Source: Vicinamibacterales bacterium (GTDB lineage: Bacteria; Acidobacteriota; Vicinamibacteria; Vicinamibacterales; UBA8438). Taken from it: 64,000 bases of DNA. Positions within the stretch are counted from its first letter, which is position 1; the number at the start of each line of letters is the position of its first letter. The notes beneath the pieces were generated by a model. The model did not search any database. It was not told the origin of the DNA and saw only the letters and a program-made list of their open reading frames with translations. Location: the NCBI GenBank assembly GCA_965202695.1, contig OZ241843.1:4352701-4416700 (forward strand). Reading direction: 5' to 3'. A program made the position numbers and the translations under genes. Below are positions 38,365 through 46,431 of this stretch, one piece after another.

Positions 38365-40716
38365 ATGCCCCGACGCCTGCCTCCCGGTGACGCGTCCGGT
38401 TCCGACGCGCGTCCCCGCGCGCCGGGGGTCTCGATCATCATCCCGGCCCGGAACGAGGAAGACAACCTGCCGGCGGCCCTCGACGCGGTTCTGGCCCAGG
38501 ACTACGCCGGATCCGTGGAGGTCGTCGTCGCCGACGGTTCCGACACCGCGGCCACGGCGGAGATGCTGCGGCGGCGTTATCCGACGGTGCGGCGGGTGCC
38601 CAATCCGGCCCGGACCATCCCCGCGGGCCTCAACTGCGCGTTGCAGGCGGCGACCGGCGAGATCGTCGTGCGTTGCGACGCCCGTACGGTGCTGTCGCCC
38701 GGGCACGTGCGGCGGGCCGTCGCCACGCTGGTTCGCACGGGCGCAGCCAGCGTCGGAGGACGACAGAACGTGGTCGGCGCCACGCTGGCCGGACGGGCGT
38801 TCGCGCTGGCCGTCCGTACGGTGATGGGTTCCGGCAGCTCGCGTTACCGCATGGGAAAGAGCGAGGGTCCCACCGACAGCGTCTATCTGGGCGCCTGGTT
38901 CCGGACGACGTTGAACGCGATTGGAAGATTCGACGTCGCGCTTCTCAAGAATCAGGACTACGAGCTCAACTGGCGGCTGCGGCGCCGCGGCGGCGTCGTG
39001 TGGTTCGATCCGGGCTTGTCGGCCGAGTACCGGCCGCGCGCCACGCTGCAGGCGCTGGCGCGGCAGTATTTCGACTACGGCTGGTGGAAGGCGGTGATGC
39101 TGAGGACGCACCCCGGGTCCATCAAGCCCAGACAGGTGGCCGCGCCGCTGCTGGTGCTGGGGCTGGCGGTTTCCGGGGCGCTGGCCCTGACCGGCGCACC
39201 GGGCGGGACGATGCTGCCGATCGGCTATCTGACCCTGTTGGCGGTCGGGTTTCTGGAGACGCTCCGGCACCGCCGCGACCCTCTCGCCACCGCCCTCGCG
39301 CCCGCCGTGCTGGCCACGATGCACCTGGCCTGGGGCGTCGGCTTCTGGTCGTCGATGGCGCAGAACCTGCAACCGCGCCGGACCGGGAGGCCCCGGAGTC
39401 TGCCGCGTGGAGCGCGGGGTCCCGGAGAGTCGGCCGGACGGGAAGCAGAGCCTTCAGGCGACGATTTCCGAGTCAGGTGCCGCATCCTGATTCTGAGCTC
39501 CACCTACGTACCGGACCCGTCGAGCACCGGCCAGCACTTTCATGACGCGGCCGCGGCGCTGGCCGACCGCGGCCACCGCGTGTCCGTGGTGACCGCCAAT
39601 CGGGGCTACGACGACCCGACCCGGAAGTACCCCTCGTGGGAAATGCGGGACGGGGTCGTCATCCGGCGCATTCCCCTGAGCTCGCTGGGCAAGGACAGCC
39701 TGGTCGCCCGCGCCGCCGGCTGGCTCTCCTTCGTGGCGCAGGCCGCCGGCCGCGGGCTCCTGTCGCCGCGGCCGGACGTGGTCCTGGTGAGCACGGCGCC
39801 TCCGATCGGGGCCGTCGCGGCCCTCGTCCTTTCGCGGCTGCGCCGCGTCCCCCTCCTCTACTGGATTCACGACCTGCACCCGAACCTGGCCATCGCGCTG
39901 GGAGTGCTGACGGACGACAGCCTCTGGGCGCGTCTGCTGGATCGGCTGAACCGCGGAATCCTCGGCCACGCCACGCGCATCGTGTGCCTCGACCGCTTCA
40001 TGGCCGCGCAGGTGTCGCGCAAGGCGGACGTGACGCCGAAGTCCACCATCCTGCCGCCGTGGCCGCACAACGACGACGGCGAGTGGATCGACCACGCCGA
40101 AAACCCCTGGCGCCGGAAACACGTCGGGGAGGGGCGCCGCGTCGTGATGTACAGCGGCAACCACAGTCCCGCCCATCCGCTCGACACGTTGCTGCAAGCC
40201 GCGCTGGAGCTTCGGGATGAAGAAGGGCTCGCGTTCCTCTTCGTCGGCGGCGGCACCGGCAAGCAGCAGATCGAGGCGACGATCGAGCGCGAGGGTCCCC
40301 GGAACATCCGCTCCCTGCCGTACCAGCCGCTGGAAACTCTGCGCTATTCCCTGGCGGCGGCCGACGTGCACGTCGTGTCCGTCGGCGACCGGACCGTCGG
40401 AGCCGCGCATCCGTGTAAAATCTATGGGGCGCTGGCGGCGGGGCGTCCGGTCCTGCTGTTCAGTCCGCGCGTCTGCCATGCGACCGACATCATCGGACCG
40501 CACGACGTGGGCTGGCGCGTGTCCCACGGGGACGTGCGCGGGGCCGTGGAGGCGTTGCGGAGTATCCGGCGCGCCCCCCCCGAACGTCTCGAGACGATGG
40601 GCCGAACCGCACAGGAACTGGTCCGGCGCCGCTACTCGCGCGACGCGCTCTGTCACCGGTTCCGGGACGAGGTCGAGGCGCTTCTCCCGGCTCGGCCTCG
40701 TGAACAGGAACGGTAG
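38365..40716 (+). CDS. In-frame fusion of a family-2 glycosyltransferase (with TM segments) and a GT4/WcaI-like (GT-B) glycosyltransferase, 783 aa.
   Basis: The GT2 part has VSIIIPARNEEDNL, VVVADGSDT, CDARTV and NQDYELNWR, then hydrophobic segments. The GT-B part starts about residue 370 (RILILSSTYVPDPSSTGQHFHD...VVTAN...). The later GGG.GKQQIE, LPYQP and HPCKIYGALAAGRPVL fit the GT4 C-terminal half. No stop codon separates the two halves. The upstream in-frame extension to 38149 runs through the repeat and G22 and was rejected. Confidence 0.8.
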   Translation: MPRRLPPGDASGSDARPRAPGVSIIIPARNEEDNLPAALDAVLAQDYAGSVEVVVADGSDTAATAEMLRRRYPTVRRVPNPARTIPAGLNCALQAATGEIVVRCDARTVLSPGHVRRAVATLVRTGAASVGGRQNVVGATLAGRAFALAVRTVMGSGSSRYRMGKSEGPTDSVYLGAWFRTTLNAIGRFDVALLKNQDYELNWRLRRRGGVVWFDPGLSAEYRPRATLQALARQYFDYGWWKAVMLRTHPGSIKPRQVAAPLLVLGLAVSGALALTGAPGGTMLPIGYLTLLAVGFLETLRHRRDPLATALAPAVLATMHLAWGVGFWSSMAQNLQPRRTGRPRSLPRGARGPGESAGREAEPSGDDFRVRCRILILSSTYVPDPSSTGQHFHDAAAALADRGHRVSVVTANRGYDDPTRKYPSWEMRDGVVIRRIPLSSLGKDSLVARAAGWLSFVAQAAGRGLLSPRPDVVLVSTAPPIGAVAALVLSRLRRVPLLYWIHDLHPNLAIALGVLTDDSLWARLLDRLNRGILGHATRIVCLDRFMAAQVSRKADVTPKSTILPPWPHNDDGEWIDHAENPWRRKHVGEGRRVVMYSGNHSPAHPLDTLLQAALELRDEEGLAFLFVGGGTGKQQIEATIEREGPRNIRSLPYQPLETLRYSLAAADVHVVSVGDRTVGAAHPCKIYGALAAGRPVLLFSPRVCHATDIIGPHDVGWRVSHGDVRGAVEALRSIRRAPPERLETMGRTAQELVRRRYSRDALCHRFRDEVEALLPARPREQER

Positions 40717-40843
40717 ATCGGATCGGCATGTCGACGTCACGATGCCGGACCGAACCGAACCGAATCATCGACTACGAGGCGACGATTCGAGTATCCGGTG
40801 GCGCTGACTGAACGATCCACGGAACTTCCACACGGAACCCGCC

Positions 40844-41635
40844 ATGCCCTCCATGCCCATATTCCTGGACAAGCTCCTGACCCTGTTCGCCATGCCGCTC
40901 GGGATCGCCGTCTTGGCGGGGCTGCTCGGTCTGGTGGCGCTTGCGGTCGGGCGCCGCGGCGCCGCGGCGCCGCTGTACCTGTTCGCCTTCGTCTGGCTCT
41001 GGGGCTGGTCGACGTCGCCCGTTGCCTTCTCCGTCAACCATGCGCTGACCGACCGCTACCCGTTCCAGCCCGCGGAGGCGCTGCCGGCTGCCGACGCGAT
41101 CGTAGTGCTCGACAACACCTACCCGAATCCGACCCATCCGACCCATCCCGATCTGTCGACCGCCTCGGATCGGGCCTGGCACGCCGCGCGGTTGTATCTG
41201 GCCGGCAAGGCGCCGCTCGTCATCATCTCCGCCGGCAGCGTGTGGGGGCATCCGAACGCGGCTTCCCCGGCGAGCGCGACCCGCACCTTGCTCGAAGCGT
41301 TAGGGGTGCCGAGCGACGCCATCGTGATCGAGGACCGCAGCCGCAACACCCGGCAGAATGCCTTGTACACGGCCAAGCTCGCCGCCGACCGGGGCATCAC
41401 GAAGGTGCTGCTGTCCACCTCCGCGTTTCACATGACACGCGCCGAAGGGGCTTTCCGGCAGGTGGGGTTCGAGGTGATCCCGGCCGCGACCGACTACGTC
41501 CCCCGCCGCCCGGGCTCGCCCCTCACGCCCTTGATACTGCGCCTCCTTCCCGACGTCGGCGCGCTGGAGCGCAGCACCATGGCATACAAGGAACACGTCG
41601 GCCTCCTGGTGTATCGCCTCCGCGGCTGGGCGTGA
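40844..41635 (+). CDS. YdcF/ElyC (DUF218) family membrane protein.
   Basis: N-terminal TM segments, AIVVLD, the typical DUF218 block GVPSDAIVIEDRSRNTRQNA, and LLSTSAFHMTRA. Confidence 0.8.
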   Translation: MPSMPIFLDKLLTLFAMPLGIAVLAGLLGLVALAVGRRGAAAPLYLFAFVWLWGWSTSPVAFSVNHALTDRYPFQPAEALPAADAIVVLDNTYPNPTHPTHPDLSTASDRAWHAARLYLAGKAPLVIISAGSVWGHPNAASPASATRTLLEALGVPSDAIVIEDRSRNTRQNALYTAKLAADRGITKVLLSTSAFHMTRAEGAFRQVGFEVIPAATDYVPRRPGSPLTPLILRLLPDVGALERSTMAYKEHVGLLVYRLRGWA

Positions 41636-41665
41636 CGCGGCGTCCACGCGCAGACGAAGAAGAAC

Positions 41666-43225
41666 ATGACTGGAGGCCATGCTTTCGTCGAATGCCTGAA
41701 AGCGCAAGGCGTCGAGGTAATCTTCGGATTGCCGGGAAACCACCTCGACCCCGTTTACGAAGCGCTGTATCACAACCAGGACAGCATCCGGCACTACGTC
41801 ACGCGGCACGAAGGCGGCGCCGCGTTCATGGCGAACGGCTACGCTCGCGCCACCGGAGGCGTCGGTGTGGGCATGAGCATTCCCGGGCCCGGCGCCGCGA
41901 ACGCATCCACCGGCATCTGCGAGGCGTACACGGCCTGCTCGCCGGTGCTGTGGATTACCGGGCAGAATCCATCCCATCTGGCCCGAAAGGACCCGCGGAA
42001 GAAGTTTCACGGCCTGGATCAGCGCACCGTCTTCGCGTCGATGACCAAGCACGTCGAAATCGTGCATGGCGTCGAGCAGATTCCCGACGCCGTCAACCGC
42101 GCCTTCGGCGCGTTGCGATCGGGCCGACCCGGGCCGGTGTTGATCGAATTGGCGATTGACGCCCTGCAAGCGGAAGCGGACCTGTCCATTCCGCCGCGAA
42201 ACGACGGTACCCGCGTGGCGGGAAGCGAGGCCGACATCGAAGCGGCGGTGAGGCTCATTTGCGCGGCGGAACGGCCGTTCATTCTTTCCGGCAGCGGAGT
42301 CGGCCACTCGCACGCGACCGACGAACTGCTCGAACTCGCGCGCACCCTCAACGCGCCGATAGCGATGACCAGCCTGGGCAAGGGCTCGATTCCCGAAGAC
42401 TCGCCCTGCTGCATCGGCATCTTTCGGGAAAGCGTCGCCCAGGCGGCCCTGAAAGCTTCCGATCTGGTGATTGCCGTCGGCGCCCGATTCACCTATCGAG
42501 ATACCGGCAACTGGACGCTGAAAATCGACAAGCCCCTGCTGCACATCGAGGCCGACGTCGACGAGATTCACGACGAGTACCCGGCGACGGTCGGCATCGG
42601 CGCGGATGCGAAGCTCGTCCTGAAACAGGTGAACGCCGCAATGCGGGACGAAAAACGGACGGACGGTTGGGGTGAAGGGGTCCGGCGGCTGCGGAGCCGG
42701 CTCACGTCAATCGCACCGCCGCAACTGCTGCGGGAAATGCGCGAAGTGATGCCGCGCGACGCCATCCTGTCGGTGGACGTCAACCTCACCGGCTACGCCG
42801 CGCTGCCGCATTTCCCGGTCTACTCGGCCGGAAGTTTCATCTTCTCCGGCATTTCGGTCGCCATGGGGATCGGGCTGACGGGCGCCATCGGTGCGCAGGT
42901 AGCGTATCCCGGCCGGAAGGTCGTCGCCCTCAACGGCGACGGCGGCTTCCTCATGACGAGCCCCGACTTCGCGACGGCGGTGATGTACGACCTCCCCGTC
43001 GTCACCCTGGTGATCAACGACAACCGGTATGCCTCCATCGAGCGGGAACAGTTGCGCCGTTTCGGCCAGCGCATCGGCGTCGATCTGGTGAACCCGGACT
43101 TCGTGCGGTTCGCCGAATCGTTCGGCGCCGTCGGGCTGCGCGTCGAAGACCCGGACGATTTTCGGCCGACGTTCGAGAAGGCGATCGCTCTGGACAAACC
43201 GGTCGTCGTCGAAATCGTCAAGTGA
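41666..43225 (+). CDS. Thiamine-diphosphate-dependent enzyme of the acetolactate synthase / benzoylformate decarboxylase superfamily, function unknown.
   Basis: N-terminal PYR domain (GVEVIFGLPGNHLDPVYEAL, RHEGGAAFMANGYAR, PGPGAANASTG) and a C-terminal ThDP-binding motif (LNGDGGFLMTSPDFATAV...PVVTLVINDNRYASI, i.e. GDG...N). No small regulatory subunit gene is adjacent. Confidence 0.85.
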   Translation: MTGGHAFVECLKAQGVEVIFGLPGNHLDPVYEALYHNQDSIRHYVTRHEGGAAFMANGYARATGGVGVGMSIPGPGAANASTGICEAYTACSPVLWITGQNPSHLARKDPRKKFHGLDQRTVFASMTKHVEIVHGVEQIPDAVNRAFGALRSGRPGPVLIELAIDALQAEADLSIPPRNDGTRVAGSEADIEAAVRLICAAERPFILSGSGVGHSHATDELLELARTLNAPIAMTSLGKGSIPEDSPCCIGIFRESVAQAALKASDLVIAVGARFTYRDTGNWTLKIDKPLLHIEADVDEIHDEYPATVGIGADAKLVLKQVNAAMRDEKRTDGWGEGVRRLRSRLTSIAPPQLLREMREVMPRDAILSVDVNLTGYAALPHFPVYSAGSFIFSGISVAMGIGLTGAIGAQVAYPGRKVVALNGDGGFLMTSPDFATAVMYDLPVVTLVINDNRYASIEREQLRRFGQRIGVDLVNPDFVRFAESFGAVGLRVEDPDDFRPTFEKAIALDKPVVVEIVK

Positions 43226-43375
43226 ACGACCCGTGGCGAAGCTCCCGCTGCATTCAGTCGATCTGCCGGCCGCGAGCCGGCGCGAGACCGTGCTCGCCGA
43301 TGCCGTCTGCGCTGCCGCGCGTCCGCGGGTCGGTCACCAGCGAATCCTGCCCGACAGCCCGGGAACACTCTTCAC

Positions 43376-43541
43376 AGCCCGTGGTGGAACCCCCGCGTCG
43401 CACCGAGAGCGGCGATGCGCCCGCCTGACAAGGCGTGAGAAGGGCGCATATTGGGCATATTCAACCGCCGAACAACGCAGTCAGGCGGGATGCAGCGCCG
43501 CTCGAATGCAGCGGGGCGTTTCACCACGGGCTGTTCAGCCC
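43376..43541 (+). repeat. Interspersed repeat family, copy F (full length).
   Basis: CAGCCCGTGGTGGAACCCCCGCGTCGCACC...CTGACAAGGCGTGAGAAGGGCGCATATTGGGCATATTCAACCGCC...GGGATGCAGCGCCGCTCGAATGCAGCGGGGCGTTTCACCACGGGCTGTTCAGCC. Its 3' end overlaps the last codons of the epimerase gene on the other strand. Confidence 0.8.
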
Positions 43542-44575
43542 AGGGGTCCCATGACAGACCCTCGCGAACGTGAATCCGCCGTGCGCCGGCGCCTGGCGAC
43601 TCTGCCGGCCCGGACCGATCCCGGTTCGGCGAAGGGCGCGCCCGGCGCGGTCCGGCCGCGGAAGTACGCCACCGTACGCGCGATCCCGTCGGCCAGCGAG
43701 AATTCCGGAAGCCAACCGAGCACACGCCCGGCGCGCGACACGTCCAGGCAGTAGTCGCGCAGTTCGCCGGGCCGCGCCGGCGCCGAGAACGGCTCGATGC
43801 TCGTGCCGCACGCCGCCTGCACGGCGCGGAACAACTCGCCGGTGCGCACCGGCGTCCCCCCGGCGATGTTGAAGGGTCCCGCCGCGTCGCTGTCGATGGC
43901 GCGCAGGTTGGCCCGCACCACGTCCTCGACGTACACGTAGTCGCGGCCCATCCCCGCCGGCTGATCGGGATACGAGAAGATGGTCGGCCGCTCCCCGCGC
44001 AGCAGCTTCTGCGCGAAAATGGCGACCACGCCGGCTTCTCCGTGCGGATTCTGCCGCGGTCCGTAGACGTTGCCGTAGCGCAGCGTGATCGACGCCAGTC
44101 CATGTTCCCGCCGATAGAACTCCAGGTAGTGCTCACCGGCGAGTTTGTGGATGCCGTACGGAGACACCGGCCGCGGCGGCGTCTCCTCCGAAGCCGGGCG
44201 CCCGACGTCGCCATAGATGGTCCCGCCGCTGGAGATCAGGACGAAGCGCCCGACGCCGTGCCTGACGCAGCTCTGGAGCACGTTGAGGAGTCCGATGCAG
44301 TTGATGCGGGCGTCCAGCACCGGATCGCGCGCCGAAACGGTGACGCTTATCTGGGCGGCGTGGTGGTTCACGACGTCCGGGCGTTCCCTTTCCACGAGAA
44401 GATCGAAATCGGGCGCGGCGACGTCCACCTGCTGGAGCCGGGCTTCGCGGGGAACGTGGTCCGCGTTCCCGCTCGACAGGTCGTCTGCGACCACCACGTC
44501 GTGGCCGGCGGCGACGCAGGCGTCCGCAACGTGGGAGCCGATGAAACCGGCGCCGCCGGTCACCAGGATCTTCAT
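43535..44575 (-). CDS. NAD-dependent sugar epimerase/dehydratase (UDP-glucose 4-epimerase-like SDR).
   Basis: Has MKILVTGGAGFIGSH, SSGGTIYG, YGIHKLAGEHY (YxxxK) and RYGNVYGPRQ. Confidence 0.85.
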   Translation of the reverse strand: MKILVTGGAGFIGSHVADACVAAGHDVVVADDLSSGNADHVPREARLQQVDVAAPDFDLLVERERPDVVNHHAAQISVTVSARDPVLDARINCIGLLNVLQSCVRHGVGRFVLISSGGTIYGDVGRPASEETPPRPVSPYGIHKLAGEHYLEFYRREHGLASITLRYGNVYGPRQNPHGEAGVVAIFAQKLLRGERPTIFSYPDQPAGMGRDYVYVEDVVRANLRAIDSDAAGPFNIAGGTPVRTGELFRAVQAACGTSIEPFSAPARPGELRDYCLDVSRAGRVLGWLPEFSLADGIARTVAYFRGRTAPGAPFAEPGSVRAGRVARRRRTADSRSRGSVMGPLG

Positions 44576-44588
44576 GGGCGCGCAGATC

Positions 44589-46103
44589 TCAACGTCCCCC
44601 GAAGGCGACGACCGTCCAGAAGGTGCGCAACGCGATCAGGAGATCGAACAGCAGGTTCTGGTGCTTGACGTAGTACAGGTCGTACTCCAGCTTCACGTGC
44701 GCGTCCTCCACGGAACCGCCGTACGAGTGGTTGACCTGCGCCCAGCCCGATACTCCCGGGCGGACCGCGAGGCGCTCGCGGTAGAACGGAATCTCGCGTT
44801 CGAGCTGCTCGACGAACTCCGGCCGTTCCGGCCGCGGCCCGATCAGACTCATGTCTCCGCGCAACATGTTCCAGAACTGCGGGGTCTCGTCGATCCGGCT
44901 GAGCCGGAGGAATCGGCCGACCGGAGTGGCCCGCGGATCGTTCGTGCGCGCCCACTGCGGCCCGTTGCGCTCCGCGCCGGGACGCATCGTCCTGAACTTC
45001 ACGATCTCGAACTCCCGGCCGGCGCGTCCGACCCGGCGCTGCCGGTACAGGATCGGCCGTCCGACGCCGAGCCGGACGAGCGGGCCGAGCACCGGCAGGA
45101 ACAGCAGAAGCGCGGCGCATCCGGCGCATCCAATCGCGACGTCGAACGCGCGTTTCGCCATCCGGTTCAGGTTGCGGAAGAACGCCGACGCGACGGGAGC
45201 CGCGAAGACCTGATCGGTTTCCAGGTAGCGAACCGGCGTGCGCAGCAACATCTGCTCGTATACCGCCTGCATCGTCATCATGTCGACGTCGCGGTACTGC
45301 GCGTACACGATGGCCCGGATCTGGTCGGTGCCGAGCGGCGCGGTCGGCGCCAGGACGATCTCCTCCACCCGCCGCTCCACCACCAGCCGACGCAGGCCGG
45401 CGGCGTCGACGCAGTCGGCCACGTCCCGTCTCCGGATATCCGCATCGCGCTCGCCGACGAAGGCGACCACGGTCCGGTCCGGCGACGTCGTCTTCAAGAC
45501 CCGCGCTATCTCGCGCGCCGCCGCGCCGGTGCCGACGACGGCCACCGGACGCCGGCGCGACGCGTGCGTGACGAAGCGCAGGTAGACCATGCGCCACGCC
45601 ATCGTCATCGGAAACACGAGGCCGAAGCCGACCAGCACGCCGAACCGCGGCAGCAGATCGCGCGGCGCCAGGAAGTACGCCGCCGTGTAGACCGCGGCGC
45701 CGATCGCGACGGCCTGCAGGACGACCACCGCGGTCGCGCGCCCGGACATGGCGATACCCGGACGACGCGCCGGCAAAAGCAGGAACAGCCACGGAACGAT
45801 CAGGCTGAACCATGCCGCGCGCCCGATCACCCAGGCCAGGTCGAAGGGTTGGGCGGCGGCGGAACTCCAGGCCCAGAGTCCGCCCAGGGCGGCGCACACG
45901 AACGCGAGGCCATCCCCCAGTACCAGCAGGAACCCATCCGCGGTCCCGCGGCGTTTCCCCTGCGCGGCCGGGAACGGCAGCGCGGTCGGCCCGGACGCCG
46001 GCCCGGGAACCGCCACCGCAACGGACCGGCGGCTGCCCGCCCACCCCGACGACCCACGACGGCGGTCGGCGGGCGGTCCGATCGACCGTTCAGTACGGTG
46101 CAT
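44589..46103 (-). CDS. Polyprenyl-phosphate sugar phosphotransferase (WbaP/EpsB-type priming glycosyltransferase for exopolysaccharide synthesis).
   Basis: N-terminal TM segments, a central Rossmann-like region (VAVVGTGAAAREIA), and a C-terminal catalytic domain (KRAFDVAIG, ILYRQRRVGR.GREFEIVKFRTM, RIDETPQFWNMLRGDMSLIGPRPERP, PGVSGWAQV). Confidence 0.9.
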   Translation of the reverse strand: MHRTERSIGPPADRRRGSSGWAGSRRSVAVAVPGPASGPTALPFPAAQGKRRGTADGFLLVLGDGLAFVCAALGGLWAWSSAAAQPFDLAWVIGRAAWFSLIVPWLFLLLPARRPGIAMSGRATAVVVLQAVAIGAAVYTAAYFLAPRDLLPRFGVLVGFGLVFPMTMAWRMVYLRFVTHASRRRPVAVVGTGAAAREIARVLKTTSPDRTVVAFVGERDADIRRRDVADCVDAAGLRRLVVERRVEEIVLAPTAPLGTDQIRAIVYAQYRDVDMMTMQAVYEQMLLRTPVRYLETDQVFAAPVASAFFRNLNRMAKRAFDVAIGCAGCAALLLFLPVLGPLVRLGVGRPILYRQRRVGRAGREFEIVKFRTMRPGAERNGPQWARTNDPRATPVGRFLRLSRIDETPQFWNMLRGDMSLIGPRPERPEFVEQLEREIPFYRERLAVRPGVSGWAQVNHSYGGSVEDAHVKLEYDLYYVKHQNLLFDLLIALRTFWTVVAFGGR

Positions 46104-46276
46104 ACGCCTTCGGCAACGGAAGTCCGTCGAACACGATCAGGCGCGCCGCGGCTTCGACGACCGGCGCGTCCGCAAGGCAGCCGAGCCCGCCGAGCGGCGC
46201 GGACGGCAGGAATACGGTTTCGCCCCCCGGGTAAGGGAACGGCGCGCACGGCGGGGGCGGTTCAGGGCCTCGGGGT

Positions 46277-46303
46277 CCCCCCCCCCCCCCCCCCCCCCCC
46301 CCC
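46277..46303 (+). repeat. Homopolymer C27 (G27 on the minus strand).
   Basis: 27 consecutive C, counted directly. It begins 173 nt upstream (in minus-strand sense) of ATG 46103 of the priming transferase. Confidence 0.95.
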
Positions 46304-46400
46304 GGACAAAGGGGAGGGCGTACGCAGCGTTCTTGCCCCCGGCGCGGATTTCTGGTCGGCCCGCGGCGAACAGCCCGCCCGCATTCGCGAGCGGCGGTCC
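46304..46400. repeat. Interspersed repeat family, copy G (degenerate or rearranged fragment), directly abutting the C27 tract.
   Basis: GGACAAAGGGGAGGGCG resembles the GACAAGGCGTGAGAAGGGCG block in plus orientation. CCCGCGGCGAACAGCCCGCCCGCATTCGCGAGCGGCGG (46359-46397) matches the CGCGGCGAAACGCCCGGCCGCATTGCGAGCGGCG block as it reads in copy E. Confidence 0.5.
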
Positions 46401-46431
46401 CGGCGCGGGGTTCCTATTCACCAAGCGGTCC

